Notes under the pieces: generated by a model
What the model was told of the DNA's origin: nothing
The model's input: only the letters and a program-made list of their open reading frames with translations
The model's database searches: none
Part shown: in pieces, positions 19,125-30,015 of the stretch
How the letters are laid out: the number at the start of each line of letters is the position of its first letter
Numbering within the stretch: position 1 is the stretch's first letter
Assembly: GCA_963662795.1 (NCBI GenBank)
Contig: OY759746.1
Coordinates: forward strand, 2,592,001-2,656,000
Direction: 5' to 3'
From: Spirochaetia bacterium
Lineage (GTDB): Bacteria; Spirochaetota; Spirochaetia; CADAEX01
DNA: 64,000 nt
Translations under genes and position numbers: made by a program

Positions 19125-19214
19125 ATTGTATAAATATAATTGACAGACATACCGGGAGTTGACGGTACACTACCCTGAACTCTGCCCGGAAAAACAGATA
19201 AGGGAGAATCGTAA

Positions 19215-20114
19215 ATGGCAGCACTTGAGATTAAACAGATCAAGGGAAATACCTGGTATATTCCTTCTCCGGCTAATATCGGAATTTATGCGGATAACGG
19301 CAATGCGGTTATTATTGACAGCGGCAACGATAAGGAGGCCGGCCGGCAGATCTGCAGGCTGATAGACAGCCTTGGCTGGAAGCTTTCGATGATTATCAAT
19401 ACCCATTCAAATGCTGACCACGCTGGGGGAAACGCTTTTATTCAGAATAAAACCGGATGCAGGATAGCTGCTACAAGGGTCGAGGCCGCTTTTATTGAGA
19501 ATCCTGTTCTTGAGCCGGCGTTTCTCTTTGGAGGGTTCCCGCATAAGGGGCTGCGCAATAAATTCCTTATGGCAAATGAATCAAGAGTGACTGACATAAT
19601 TGAACCCGGGGATAAAATTATTTCTCCGGGTGGAGCTGAGCTGGAGACAATTTCTCTCCCGGGTCATTTTTTCGGGATGATCGGGGTAAAAACCCCGGAC
19701 AATGTGATCTTTCTGGCAGATACGCTTTTTTCCGAACACATTGTAAACAAGTACAGTATTTTTTATCTCTTTGATATCGGGGAACACCTGAAAACACTTC
19801 AGGTAATTGAATCGCTTGAAGCGGATTATTTTCTGCCGTCCCATGCGGAACTTACTGACAATATAAAAAAACTTGTAGCCATAAACAGGGCGAAAATTGA
19901 TGAAATAAGCGGCAATATCGCAGATCTCTGCAAAGAAGAGATTGAGCTGGACGGGATTCTCTCAGGTTTATGCGCCCTTTATAATATTGAACTTAATGAT
20001 AATCAGTATGTTCTTGTCCAGAGTTCTCTCAAGGCATACCTCGTTTATCTGCTTCAGAAGGGTGAGCTTTTAAAAGAATACCGCGGCGGCCGGCTTTTCT
20101 GGAAAAAAACCTGA
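19215..20114 (+). CDS. Metallo-beta-lactamase-fold hydrolase
   Basis: IIDSG, THSNADHAGG (HxNxDH variant), LPGH, LAD, PSH. Confidence 0.88.
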   Translation: MAALEIKQIKGNTWYIPSPANIGIYADNGNAVIIDSGNDKEAGRQICRLIDSLGWKLSMIINTHSNADHAGGNAFIQNKTGCRIAATRVEAAFIENPVLEPAFLFGGFPHKGLRNKFLMANESRVTDIIEPGDKIISPGGAELETISLPGHFFGMIGVKTPDNVIFLADTLFSEHIVNKYSIFYLFDIGEHLKTLQVIESLEADYFLPSHAELTDNIKKLVAINRAKIDEISGNIADLCKEEIELDGILSGLCALYNIELNDNQYVLVQSSLKAYLVYLLQKGELLKEYRGGRLFWKKT

Positions 20115-20173
20115 TATCAATCTTTATCCAATGTTCTATTGTAGTTCGGATTTTTTGAAGTTATATTATATAT

Positions 20174-20479
20174 ATGTCCGGTAAAACTGCTTTCAGTACA
20201 GATCAAAAATTCTCTGAATTGGTCAAGGAGCCTGGGAGATATATAATTGTGCTCCATAATGATAACTATACAACTATGGAATTTGTTGTTTCCGTACTAA
20301 AGGAAGTATTCCATAAATCATCTATTGAAGCCAACGTAATAATGCTTGAAGTGCACAAAAAAGGGGCGGGCAAAGTAGGATCATATACCTACGATATAGC
20401 AGCGACAAAGATGTACCAGGTGGAAAATCTGGCGTCCCGCGCCGGCTATCCCCTGAAATGCACGATGGAGAAAGAATAA
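20174..20479 (+). CDS. clpS: Clp protease adaptor ClpS
   Basis: LHNDNYTTMEFVV, MLEVHKKG, GYPLKCTME. Confidence 0.95.
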   Translation: MSGKTAFSTDQKFSELVKEPGRYIIVLHNDNYTTMEFVVSVLKEVFHKSSIEANVIMLEVHKKGAGKVGSYTYDIAATKMYQVENLASRAGYPLKCTMEKE

Positions 20480-22932
20480 TGAAAATAAACGATGAGGTAC
20501 AGGTAATACTTAATGCCGCATATGATGAGGCGCTGTCCCGGAAGCATGAGTTCCTTACACCGGAACATTTAATATACACATCCCTTTCTTTCGAAAGCCC
20601 CAGGGAATTGTTTCAGGAATGCGGGATCGACCCTGATGAATTAAAAAATGAAACGGCCAGATATCTTGAAAAAGAAATCCCTGTCACAGAAAAAAGCGAG
20701 CCTGTACAGACCCTTGGCCTGCAGAGGATAATTGAAAGAGCCCTTATCCATATAGAAAGCTCATCCAAAGGAGAGCTTGTCTTTTCAGATATTATTGTAT
20801 CGATATTTGAGCAGAAAGACTGCTACGCATCATATTACATGAAAAAAATGGGGCTTACAAAAATCAACCTTCTGAGAGTTGTCTCACACGGGTTTGATAA
20901 AGAGCCTGATTCCCTTATTATTCAGCCGGGTGATAACGGAAAAACAGATGCTGATAATGATGAAGCAGGCGGGGCGGAAAAAGAACCTAAAGAAAGTAAA
21001 AAAAGCTTCCTTGAGAAATTCACAAGAGAACTCACTGCTGAAGCTAAAAAAGGAAAACTTGAACCGCTTATCGGACGTGAAGAAATACTTGAAAGGATTG
21101 TCCAGGTACTCTGCAGAAGGATGAAGAATAATCCGGTTCTTGTCGGCGATCCGGGTGTCGGAAAAACCGCAATGGCTGAAGGCATAGCAGCGATGATTTC
21201 GGAATATCGCGTTCCTTCTTTTCTCCATGACTACTCAGTTTATCAGATAGATATGGGTTCTCTTGTCGCCGGAACAAAATACAGGGGAGATTTTGAGGAA
21301 CGTCTTAAAAGAATTCTCAGGGAGCTTGAAACAAGGGAAAAGGTAATAATATTTATAGATGAAATACATACCGTAATAGGGGCAGGGGCTGTGTCGGGAG
21401 GTTCCCTTGACGCTTCCAACCTTTTAAAGCCGCTGCTCTCATCCGGGCGCCTGAGGTGTATAGGCTCAACAACTTTTGAAGAATACAAGAAAATATTCGA
21501 GAAAGACCGGGCCCTTGCAAGAAGATTCCAGAAAATTGAAATACCTGAAACAAGCTTAAGCGAAACAGAACAAATACTTACGGGCCTCAAGGAAAGGTAT
21601 GAGTCCTATCACAATGTAAAATATACGGATGAAGCAATAAAAGCGGCTGTCGCGCTTTCAGACCAGTATATCACTGACCGCCATCTGCCTGACAAGGCGA
21701 TTGATGTTATTGATGAAGCAGGGGCATACATGAAGCTTCTTGATTTCAAGAACAGGCCGGCTAAACTGAAAAATATCCCGAAAAATGATAAGAGGATTGA
21801 TGACAGTAAAATAAATAATAAGGCGGCCGGAAATGATGAAGGTGCTGATGAAAATAACGCGGAAAGCGGCAGCGTTGCAGCTGCAGACAGCGTAAATACT
21901 GCAGCTGCAGAAAAAGCAGCGCCGGTTCTGGTTGATGAAAATATAATAGAAAAAATTGTCGCAGGGATTGCCAGAATTCCTGAAAAAAGCGTGACTGTTA
22001 CAGAAAAATCCAAACTTAAGGATCTTTCTTCTGAAATAAAAAAATATCTTTTCGGTCAGGATAAAGCTGTTGAGAGTGTCTGCCATTCTGTTAAAAGAGC
22101 AAGGGCCGGATTCAGGGAGCCTGACAAGCCTGTGGCTTCATTTCTTTTTGTAGGACCTACGGGAGTGGGAAAAACTGAACTTTCCAAACAGCTTGCTTCT
22201 GCCCTTGGCATATCGCTTATAAGGTTTGACATGAGCGAGTATCAGGAAAAGCACACAGTCGCCCGCCTGATAGGCGCTCCTCCGGGATATGTTGGATATG
22301 AAGAGGGCGGGCTTTTAACAGATTCAATCATAAAAACGCCGCATGCTGTGCTTCTTCTGGATGAAATTGAAAAGGCGCATCAGGATATTTACAATATCCT
22401 TCTGTCTGTAATGGATTACGCCACCCTTACTGACAATAACGGACGAAAAGCTGATTTCAGAAACATTATACTGATAATGACTTCCAATGCAGGAGCACGG
22501 GAGCTGGGAAAGCCGATGATCGGTTTCGGAGGTCTTAAGATCGGAGACAGTGCTCTTTCTTCTGCTGTGGAAAAGATATTCGCGCCTGAATTCAGAAACC
22601 GTCTCGACAGTGTTGTGGTCTTTAACGATCTTGATATGGATAACGCAAAAAGCATAGTAAAAAAAGAGATAAAACTCTTTACTGCCCAGCTGGCGTCAAG
22701 AAATATAACTGCAGAGTTTACTGAAAAGTGTGTAACTTTTATAACTGAAGAAGGTTATTCAAGGGAATACGGTGCAAGGAATATTTCAAGGGTCTTCCGT
22801 GAGAAAGTAAAAGATCTTTTCATTGACAGGGTGCTTTTCGGAGAACTTGAATCAGGCGGCAGAGTCATAGTTGATGCTGAGGATAATTCTATTGTAATAA
22901 GACTGCCGGTTTCAGAGTATACAGAGGAATAG
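20479..22932 (+). CDS. clpA: ATP-dependent Clp protease ATPase ClpA
   Basis: HEFLTPEHL N-domain and two AAA modules (GDPGVGKT, GPTGVGKTE, RFDMSEYQEKH). TAATG overlap with clpS. Confidence 0.95.
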   Translation: MKINDEVQVILNAAYDEALSRKHEFLTPEHLIYTSLSFESPRELFQECGIDPDELKNETARYLEKEIPVTEKSEPVQTLGLQRIIERALIHIESSSKGELVFSDIIVSIFEQKDCYASYYMKKMGLTKINLLRVVSHGFDKEPDSLIIQPGDNGKTDADNDEAGGAEKEPKESKKSFLEKFTRELTAEAKKGKLEPLIGREEILERIVQVLCRRMKNNPVLVGDPGVGKTAMAEGIAAMISEYRVPSFLHDYSVYQIDMGSLVAGTKYRGDFEERLKRILRELETREKVIIFIDEIHTVIGAGAVSGGSLDASNLLKPLLSSGRLRCIGSTTFEEYKKIFEKDRALARRFQKIEIPETSLSETEQILTGLKERYESYHNVKYTDEAIKAAVALSDQYITDRHLPDKAIDVIDEAGAYMKLLDFKNRPAKLKNIPKNDKRIDDSKINNKAAGNDEGADENNAESGSVAAADSVNTAAAEKAAPVLVDENIIEKIVAGIARIPEKSVTVTEKSKLKDLSSEIKKYLFGQDKAVESVCHSVKRARAGFREPDKPVASFLFVGPTGVGKTELSKQLASALGISLIRFDMSEYQEKHTVARLIGAPPGYVGYEEGGLLTDSIIKTPHAVLLLDEIEKAHQDIYNILLSVMDYATLTDNNGRKADFRNIILIMTSNAGARELGKPMIGFGGLKIGDSALSSAVEKIFAPEFRNRLDSVVVFNDLDMDNAKSIVKKEIKLFTAQLASRNITAEFTEKCVTFITEEGYSREYGARNISRVFREKVKDLFIDRVLFGELESGGRVIVDAEDNSIVIRLPVSEYTEE

Positions 22933-22989
22933 GTTTTCCTGATATCCTTTGAATATAAAAAAAATTTCAGTGGAGAACCTTTTGGCATA

Positions 22990-23682
22990 ATGACGTCCGG
23001 TTTCCCTTATCTTGATGAAAACCAGTATTTTGAATTTCCGCACCCTGAGACAGCAGACAGTGACGGCTTTTTAGGCGCAGGAGGAAACCTTTCCCCGGGA
23101 ATGCTGATTTCCGCTTACCGGCAGGGAATTTTCCCGTGGTTCAGCGAAGGGGACCCTGTAATGTGGTTTTCTCCCGATCCCAGGTTTGTCCTTTTTCCTG
23201 AAAAACTTCACGTCCCGCAAAGGCTTGAAAGGCTCCTGAAAAAAGAGTTATTTGATGTTGAATTCAATGCGAATTTCAGTCAGATAATAAGGGAATGCAA
23301 AAATGCAAACCGTCCCGGACAGAGGGGCACATGGATAACTGACGGGATGGAAAAAGCCTACATAAGGCTCTTTGAGCTTGGGTATATATTTACTGCCGCG
23401 GTTTTTGAAAAAGGGAGCCGGACTCTTGCCGGCGGGGTATATGGTGTAAGGATCGGAAGATGCTTTTTCGGAGAATCAATGTTCGCGAAAAAACCTGATG
23501 CATCCAAATACGGTTTTGTGAAACTTGTCAGACAGCTGGCACGTGAAGGCATCGCAATTATTGACTGCCAGATGAAAACTGCCCATCTTGAGCGGTTCGG
23601 GGCGGAAATGATACCAAGGAGCTTTTTCCTTGAAATTATAAATAAAAACCAGAAACTGGAAAGGATTAAAAATGACTTCTAA
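22990..23682 (+). CDS. aat: Leucyl/phenylalanyl-tRNA--protein transferase
   Basis: GGNLSPGMLISAYRQGIFPWF, WFSPDPR, FFGESMF, IDCQ. Confidence 0.95.
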   Translation: MTSGFPYLDENQYFEFPHPETADSDGFLGAGGNLSPGMLISAYRQGIFPWFSEGDPVMWFSPDPRFVLFPEKLHVPQRLERLLKKELFDVEFNANFSQIIRECKNANRPGQRGTWITDGMEKAYIRLFELGYIFTAAVFEKGSRTLAGGVYGVRIGRCFFGESMFAKKPDASKYGFVKLVRQLAREGIAIIDCQMKTAHLERFGAEMIPRSFFLEIINKNQKLERIKNDF

Positions 23683-26506
23683 AAAAAGATACTTAGGCCT
23701 GTTAATAACACTGCTTCTGCTTTTTACGTGGCAGGGAGCTTTTGCAGATATATTCTCATTAAACAATGATAAAGCAATACCGACAGATCCCCAGCTTGTT
23801 AAAAACTCTCTTGCAAACGGGCTTACCTATTATGTAAGGGAAAACAGGAAACCTGAGAACAGGATAATACTCCGCCTGGTTGTAAATGCAGGATCTGTAC
23901 TTGAAAAAGAAAACCAGCGGGGGCTTGCCCATTTTCTCGAGCACATGGCGTTTAATGGCACTGTCAATTTTCCGGGAAATACACTGGTTGATCTCCTCGA
24001 AAAGGAAGGGGTAAAATTCGGACCTGATCTTAACGCCTACACAGGCTACGACAATACAGTTTATATGCTTGATATTCCTGCAGACAGGGAAGATCTTGTT
24101 GATTCAGCGCTGCTTATCCTTTTTGACTGGGCGTCCGGCATTACATTCAGCCCTGAAGAGATAGAAAAGGAAAGGGGAGTTGTAATTGAGGAGTGGAGAA
24201 AAAACAAAGGCTCATCTGAAAGAATAAGCGAGGTGCAGCGGAAGGAAATATTTTCAGGATCACGATACGCAGAAAGACAGCCTATAGGAACCATAGAAGT
24301 TCTGGAAAGTTTTACCCGTGATGACGTTTTATCTTTCTACAAAGACTGGTACCGCCCGGATCTGATGGCTGTAATAGCTGTTGGTGATTTTGATAAAGTC
24401 AAAATGGAGAAAAGAATCACAGATACATTTTCCGCAATGCCGCTTCAGAAAATCAGAAAAATGAGGCCTGAATATCCTGTCCCGGGACGGGAAAAAACTG
24501 ATGTTTCTGTTATCAGGGACACAGAAGCTACTTCCGCAGAACTTAAAGTAATATATTTTCATGACAATATTGATCAGGAGACAATCGGGGATTATCGAGA
24601 GAATCTCGTATTTTCCCTTTATCTCTCCATGCTTAACAGCCGGTATAACGAAAAAAGACAGGAGAAAAACCCTCCTTTCCTGAGCGCAGGGGCAGGTTTT
24701 GGGAAACTAACCTCGTTGAGATCTGTTTTTTCTGCTGTCTGTACAGCAGACCCTGAGAATGTAGAAACAGGGATTGAAGCGCTCGCAGGCGAACTTTCAA
24801 GGATCCGCAGGGACGGTTTTACAGATACAGAGTTTATAAGGGCAAAAGAAAAGTATGCTGCCATAATGGCGCAGCTTTACAGGGAATCTGAAAATACAAA
24901 CTCGGAAGCACTGGCGTCTGAACTGACAAGAAATTATTTTGACAATGAATATGTTCCCGGAATTGAAAATGAATACACCCTTGCCGTAAATCTTCTGCCG
25001 GATATAACAATTGATGAGGTTAACTCTCTTTCAGATTATTTTTTCGGAGCAAAAGAGCCCCTTGTTTTATTAAGCCTGCCGGATAACGGCAAAGGATCTG
25101 AAGCAAAGCTTACTGAAGAATATGTGAAAGATGTTTTTGAAAAAGCGCTTGTTTCCCGGTATCCTCCTTATGTTGATGCGGCCGGCGAGGGTGCTCTGAT
25201 AAATGAAATGCCGGAAGCCGGAAGTTCAAGGCTTGTAAAAACAGATAAACAGAACAATATTGAATATTATGAGCTTTCAAACGGTGCAAAGGTAATTATT
25301 AAAAAAACACCTTTCAAAGAAGATGAAGTCCTGTTCAGCGCTTTCAGCCTGGGCGGGCACTCTCTTGTTGCGGATGACGAATGGGTTTCGGCGAATTTTG
25401 CTTCAGGGATTATTACCCGCGGTTTATTGGGAGGACGGACAAGGATACAGCTTGACAAGTATCTTGACGGCAAGCTTGTAAATGTCTCTCCGTATATCGG
25501 CGAGACATCAGAGGGGTTTTCAGGCAGTTCCTCCCTTTCTGATCTTGAAACCCTGTTCCAGATGGTATACCTGTATTTTAATGCTGCGGAAAAAGACCCT
25601 GATTCCTACGATTCCTATATCTCAAGGCTGGGCATATATCTGCAGAACCAGGAAGCTGACCCGGAGGTTATCTTCGGCCGCACACTCAGGAATATCCTTA
25701 CCTCAAGTCATATGCGAGGCAGGCCTTTTGACAGTACAATGATTTCAGAGATTGATATTGATAAGGCATATTCAGTTTTCAGGGAACGCTTTGCCGACCC
25801 CGGAGACTTTACCTGGATTTTTACAGGTTCTGCCGGCCCTGATGTCATAATTCCTCTGGCTGAGAAGTATCTTGCTTTTTCAATTCCAGGCAGGGATAAA
25901 GCGGAAGGAAAAGAGACATGGAAGGATACGGGAATAAGGCTGCCTGAAGGAAAGATAGAAAAGACTATTTATATGGGGAAAGAGGAAAAGGCGGATATCG
26001 CGCTTGTATTCAGCGGGGATTTCAGCTGGAGCAGGGAAAACCTTGTTCTTCTTACAGCGCTTGCCGAAGCGGCGGATGTAAGACTCAGGGAAGTAATAAG
26101 GGAAGACGAAGGGGGAACCTACAGTATAAATGTATATCCGTCAGTCGATAAATATCCTCTCCCGCAGTTTCAGATAACTGTTTATTTTGTATGCTCCCCG
26201 CAGAGGGCAGATGAACTCAAGGCTATTGTCTTAAGGGAGCTTGCAGCCATTGCAGAAAAGGTTCCGGAGGGGACTCTGCAGAAGTTTAAAAGCTCGTCAA
26301 AACTTGAATACCGGAAGCAGATAAAGGAAAACAGCTTCTGGCTGTCGGCAATTAAGGACGCCGAATTTGACGGTTCTGGCCTCGCCTGGTTAAGGAATTA
26401 TGAGGATATGACTGAAAGTATTACCGGCAGGCTGATAATGGACGCGGCATCTGTTTATTTCAATCCTGAAAGAATGGTAGATGTTACAATGCTCCCTGAA
26501 AAATAA
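23672..26506 (+). CDS. Secreted M16 zinc peptidase (PqqL-like)
   Basis: Signal peptide, GLAHFLEHMAFNGT (HxxEH), LNAYT, WYRPD, LREVIRE. Confidence 0.92.
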   Translation: MTSKKRYLGLLITLLLLFTWQGAFADIFSLNNDKAIPTDPQLVKNSLANGLTYYVRENRKPENRIILRLVVNAGSVLEKENQRGLAHFLEHMAFNGTVNFPGNTLVDLLEKEGVKFGPDLNAYTGYDNTVYMLDIPADREDLVDSALLILFDWASGITFSPEEIEKERGVVIEEWRKNKGSSERISEVQRKEIFSGSRYAERQPIGTIEVLESFTRDDVLSFYKDWYRPDLMAVIAVGDFDKVKMEKRITDTFSAMPLQKIRKMRPEYPVPGREKTDVSVIRDTEATSAELKVIYFHDNIDQETIGDYRENLVFSLYLSMLNSRYNEKRQEKNPPFLSAGAGFGKLTSLRSVFSAVCTADPENVETGIEALAGELSRIRRDGFTDTEFIRAKEKYAAIMAQLYRESENTNSEALASELTRNYFDNEYVPGIENEYTLAVNLLPDITIDEVNSLSDYFFGAKEPLVLLSLPDNGKGSEAKLTEEYVKDVFEKALVSRYPPYVDAAGEGALINEMPEAGSSRLVKTDKQNNIEYYELSNGAKVIIKKTPFKEDEVLFSAFSLGGHSLVADDEWVSANFASGIITRGLLGGRTRIQLDKYLDGKLVNVSPYIGETSEGFSGSSSLSDLETLFQMVYLYFNAAEKDPDSYDSYISRLGIYLQNQEADPEVIFGRTLRNILTSSHMRGRPFDSTMISEIDIDKAYSVFRERFADPGDFTWIFTGSAGPDVIIPLAEKYLAFSIPGRDKAEGKETWKDTGIRLPEGKIEKTIYMGKEEKADIALVFSGDFSWSRENLVLLTALAEAADVRLREVIREDEGGTYSINVYPSVDKYPLPQFQITVYFVCSPQRADELKAIVLRELAAIAEKVPEGTLQKFKSSSKLEYRKQIKENSFWLSAIKDAEFDGSGLAWLRNYEDMTESITGRLIMDAASVYFNPERMVDVTMLPEK

Positions 26507-26511
26507 AAACC

Positions 26512-26541
26512 GCTGCTGTACTTTACGAAAAGTGCAGCAGC
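26512..26541. terminator. Hairpin between convergent genes
   Basis: GCTGCTGTACTTT / AAAGTGCAGCAGC stem with one G-U pair. Confidence 0.65.
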
Positions 26542-26552
26542 TAACTTCAGAG

Positions 26553-28220
26553 TCAATACTTGAAACCGCTGTCCCCGATAAATTCGCGCAATATTGAAGT
26601 TCTGGGGACAAAGCGGGCGGGGATGCTTGTAAAGTTTTCAAGAAAACGCTGCAGTCTTTTTGCTTCAGAATAGAGCTCGTTGCAGGGCTTGACTGTTTTT
26701 AGTATAGGCTCTGCAAATGACTTAAGGACAGCAAGTTCATAGTCAAGCGCTGAGTTGAAGACGCTGTCCGCGTTTTCCTGGAATGGAAAGATATTCCTGT
26801 ATTCTCCCTTCCTCACAGAAGGCCATCTTGAAAGTGTATCAAGGGCCGAATAACCCCTGTACTGGTAATCCCTCACCATTCTCCTCAGCAGACGGTTGTC
26901 CGTTGTCGGAATTCTGTTGTGGTCGTCAAGGTTAAGTTGTGTGAGAGCCGAGATATATATTTTATGCTTGAAATCACGGTCTATTTCACTTGTCAGCTTT
27001 TCATTAAGGCCGTGTATTCCCTCAACCACCAGAATGCTCCTGCTGTCCATTTTGATTTTATGCCCCTTGAAGCTGCTTTTCCCTGTTATGAAATCAAAGT
27101 AAGGGATCTCAACCTCTTTGTCCGAAATAAAATCAAGCAGATTTTTATTGAAGAGTTCAATATTTATTGCATCTATCGATTCAAAATCATATTCACCGTT
27201 TCCATCTTTCGGCGTTTTTTCCCTGTCAACATAATAATTATCCAGAGAGAGTATAATGGGGTTATAGCCTACAACGCGCAGCTGGGTTGAGAGCTTTTTG
27301 GAAAATGTTGTTTTACCTGACGAAGAGGGGCCTGCTATAAGTATGAGCCTGACTTTACCCCGTTTAAGCGCTATCTGGTCTGCTATCTGCGCTATTTTTT
27401 TATTGTGAAGAGCATCGGCAACCCTGATTATCTCTTCTGTATTTCCCTCATCGATGTGCTCGTTAAGTTCACCGACAGAGCTGAATTTCTGTATCTTGCC
27501 CCAGGCTTTATATTCCTGGAATATCGAAGAGAGTACCGGAATATCCCTGAATGGTTTTATGTGCTGCAGATCTTCTGTATCAGGATACCTGAGAAGAAAG
27601 CCGCTGGAGTATTTCATGATTTCGAAATATTTCAGTATGCCTGTGCCTGGTGCAATCGGGGTATGGGCAAGGTCCCTGTAATTTTCACATGTATAAAGCG
27701 CTACTTTGCTGTCGTTTCTGTGTTTAAGGAGGAGTGAAGTATCTCTGCAGTTGTTTTTTTCAAAAAGGGACACAGCTTCCTGATATGAAATTACCTGCCT
27801 TGTTATTGGAAGGTCCTTTTTGACATCCTCTCTCATTGATTTTTCTATTGCCCTGATGTCCCTCTCGGGAACTTCTTCAATGTCTACAAAATAAAAATAA
27901 TAACTGTTGCCCAGAGAATTGCTTATGACAAGGCGTTTATCCGGAAAGAGTTTCTTTGCTGTTTTAGTAAGGAGAAAACAGAGGGAATCCCTGTAAATCC
28001 TGTTGCCTGTGGGCGTACTCACCGCAATAGGTTTTACCAGACAGTTTATGCCGATTTTAAAGCTTAAGCTTGTAAGTTCATTATTCGCAAAAGCTCCGAC
28101 AAAGGGGTCACTGATTGAATTAAACTCATCATTTTCAAGGATCTCTTCTACTCTCGTACCGTATGGAACTGTAATTTTGGTGCCTGAAGGAAGAGTTACA
28201 TCTATATCTTTCATAATCAA
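26553..28220 (-). CDS. Nucleoside (uridine) kinase with N-terminal ThrRS-like domain
   Basis: N-terminal TGS/ThrRS-like region. IAGPSSSGKTT, LDNYY, EGIHGLN, RLLRRMVRD. Confidence 0.88.
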   Translation of the reverse strand: MIMKDIDVTLPSGTKITVPYGTRVEEILENDEFNSISDPFVGAFANNELTSLSFKIGINCLVKPIAVSTPTGNRIYRDSLCFLLTKTAKKLFPDKRLVISNSLGNSYYFYFVDIEEVPERDIRAIEKSMREDVKKDLPITRQVISYQEAVSLFEKNNCRDTSLLLKHRNDSKVALYTCENYRDLAHTPIAPGTGILKYFEIMKYSSGFLLRYPDTEDLQHIKPFRDIPVLSSIFQEYKAWGKIQKFSSVGELNEHIDEGNTEEIIRVADALHNKKIAQIADQIALKRGKVRLILIAGPSSSGKTTFSKKLSTQLRVVGYNPIILSLDNYYVDREKTPKDGNGEYDFESIDAINIELFNKNLLDFISDKEVEIPYFDFITGKSSFKGHKIKMDSRSILVVEGIHGLNEKLTSEIDRDFKHKIYISALTQLNLDDHNRIPTTDNRLLRRMVRDYQYRGYSALDTLSRWPSVRKGEYRNIFPFQENADSVFNSALDYELAVLKSFAEPILKTVKPCNELYSEAKRLQRFLENFTSIPARFVPRTSILREFIGDSGFKY

Positions 28221-28295
28221 ATCTCCCGGATAAATTTAGTGAAGGTATTTTAATATTAAAACCGGCAGATTGTACAGGATTAAAAAAACAGCTGT

Positions 28296-28604
28296 TCAGC
28301 GTTTATGCTTGCCGATAAAATTATTATAGATAGTAATAGTTAAAAATGAGGCTGAAACCCAGAGAACAGCAAGTATGGAAACTTTCGTCAGCTCTATCGC
28401 TAGCGCCCAGATTTTGCAGAAAAGCTCATAGTGATTCAGCAGGATGTCTTTGTTTATACTGTTAATAACTGCATTGCGCAGAAAAACTGTAAATTCAGCG
28501 GAAACATAGAATGTAAGAATAAATGCGACTGTAAAAGCAATAAAAAGGAAAATTATAAAAATGTTCTGTTTTGTACTGCCTGTAAAAATAATATGCTTGC
28601 TCAT
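28296..28604 (-). CDS. Small hypothetical membrane protein
   Basis: Two hydrophobic segments, no recognisable motif. Confidence 0.4.
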   Translation of the reverse strand: MSKHIIFTGSTKQNIFIIFLFIAFTVAFILTFYVSAEFTVFLRNAVINSINKDILLNHYELFCKIWALAIELTKVSILAVLWVSASFLTITIYNNFIGKHKR

Positions 28605-28692
28605 TATGTATATAAAAATACGGATAAAACACAATTGTCAATCATGTTTTATCCGAAATTTGAATTAATTTACTATTGCTCCGGATTGAGCC

Positions 28693-30015
28693 TTAATCCA
28701 TTACTGCTTTCCCGATTGCCATATCCCAGTCGAAGGTAGCGGCAAGATATTCATAAACAGCTGAAATATGACTTATTTTTGCAAGCTCAAGACTTAATGC
28801 CGCATCCTTCAGATCAAGCTGTGTTGCCATCCCGCTGTTGTAGGATGTCTGTGCTATCTCGTATGCCTGCATAGCGGTTTCCATAGTCGCGGCTGCGGAT
28901 TCAATCCTTTCGCCTGTTTCCTTAAGAGTCAGGTAAATGCTGTTTATTTCTGAAAGAATATTTTCCTTGAGCTGTTTGAGCTTGATTTCTGTCTGGTCAA
29001 ATTCTGATTTTGCCTTTTTATCCTGGGCCGAAAGTGCACCTCCGGAATAAATCGGCAGAGATACTTTTATTCCGACCTGTGTGACAGTTGTTTTATCGCC
29101 ATCCAGGGAAAAATCATCTGATCCTGTAGAGACGCCGTATAGAATATTACCGGCAACAGTAGGATAATGATCAGACATTGCCGCCTTTACATTTATCTCT
29201 CTTAAAGACATCTCTCTTACAAGAGATTTGTAGTCAGGTCTTTCCTTTAAAATATCAGGCAGGGGTACAGGCTGGGGCATTTCCGGGTAATCATTAATAT
29301 CGCTCTTGAGTATAACCTCATCTTCAAGAGGTATCCCGGCGAGATTTTTTAAATTGATTTTAGCAAGATCCAGATTTTTTCTTGCCTGGGTTGTCTCAGG
29401 GATTTTCATCTTCCAGTCCACCTCTGTACGGAGCAGTTCGAACTGTGATACCAGTCCGTTCTCAAATTTTTTCCTGACATTAAGGTAATTTTCATGGGAG
29501 TTATTCTCCACTTCCTTTTTCACCTCAAGCAGTTTCTCAAGTAGAAAATTCTGGTAATATACCTTTTTGGCAAGTGTTATTACTGTCTGGTTTTGAATAT
29601 CATATATATACCCGCTCATCAGTTTGAATTCCCTGCTTGCCTTGATTGCGTTAAAGACTTTCATGTTGAATATCTGCTGACTTAGCGACAGCCCGAAACT
29701 GAATTCGTTGTCAGTATTCACATCGATATCCTGATAAATAAGCATTCCGCTTGCTGTGTCAGCCGCGACAGGCCAGGACTGCTCTATATCGCTGAGATTT
29801 CTTGTATATCCGATCTCTGCTCCGATCATGGGATAAGCCTGGGATCTTACTGTTTTTTCTGTCGCGTCTGCTATTTCGATATCTTTGGCCGCCTGAAGCA
29901 GCTGTTTGCTGTTCTTTTCGACGAGCCTGATATAATCATCTATGGTAATTTCAGAGCCGAAACCGTAAATGGCTGCTGAAAATAATAGTAAACAGATTGC
30001 TGCTGTTTTTTTCAC
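28693..30015 (-). CDS. TolC-family outer membrane efflux protein
   Basis: Signal peptide, ERPDYKSL, VSLPIYSGG, YNSGMATQLDL. Follows the RND gene. Confidence 0.9.
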   Translation of the reverse strand: MKKTAAICLLLFSAAIYGFGSEITIDDYIRLVEKNSKQLLQAAKDIEIADATEKTVRSQAYPMIGAEIGYTRNLSDIEQSWPVAADTASGMLIYQDIDVNTDNEFSFGLSLSQQIFNMKVFNAIKASREFKLMSGYIYDIQNQTVITLAKKVYYQNFLLEKLLEVKKEVENNSHENYLNVRKKFENGLVSQFELLRTEVDWKMKIPETTQARKNLDLAKINLKNLAGIPLEDEVILKSDINDYPEMPQPVPLPDILKERPDYKSLVREMSLREINVKAAMSDHYPTVAGNILYGVSTGSDDFSLDGDKTTVTQVGIKVSLPIYSGGALSAQDKKAKSEFDQTEIKLKQLKENILSEINSIYLTLKETGERIESAAATMETAMQAYEIAQTSYNSGMATQLDLKDAALSLELAKISHISAVYEYLAATFDWDMAIGKAVMD

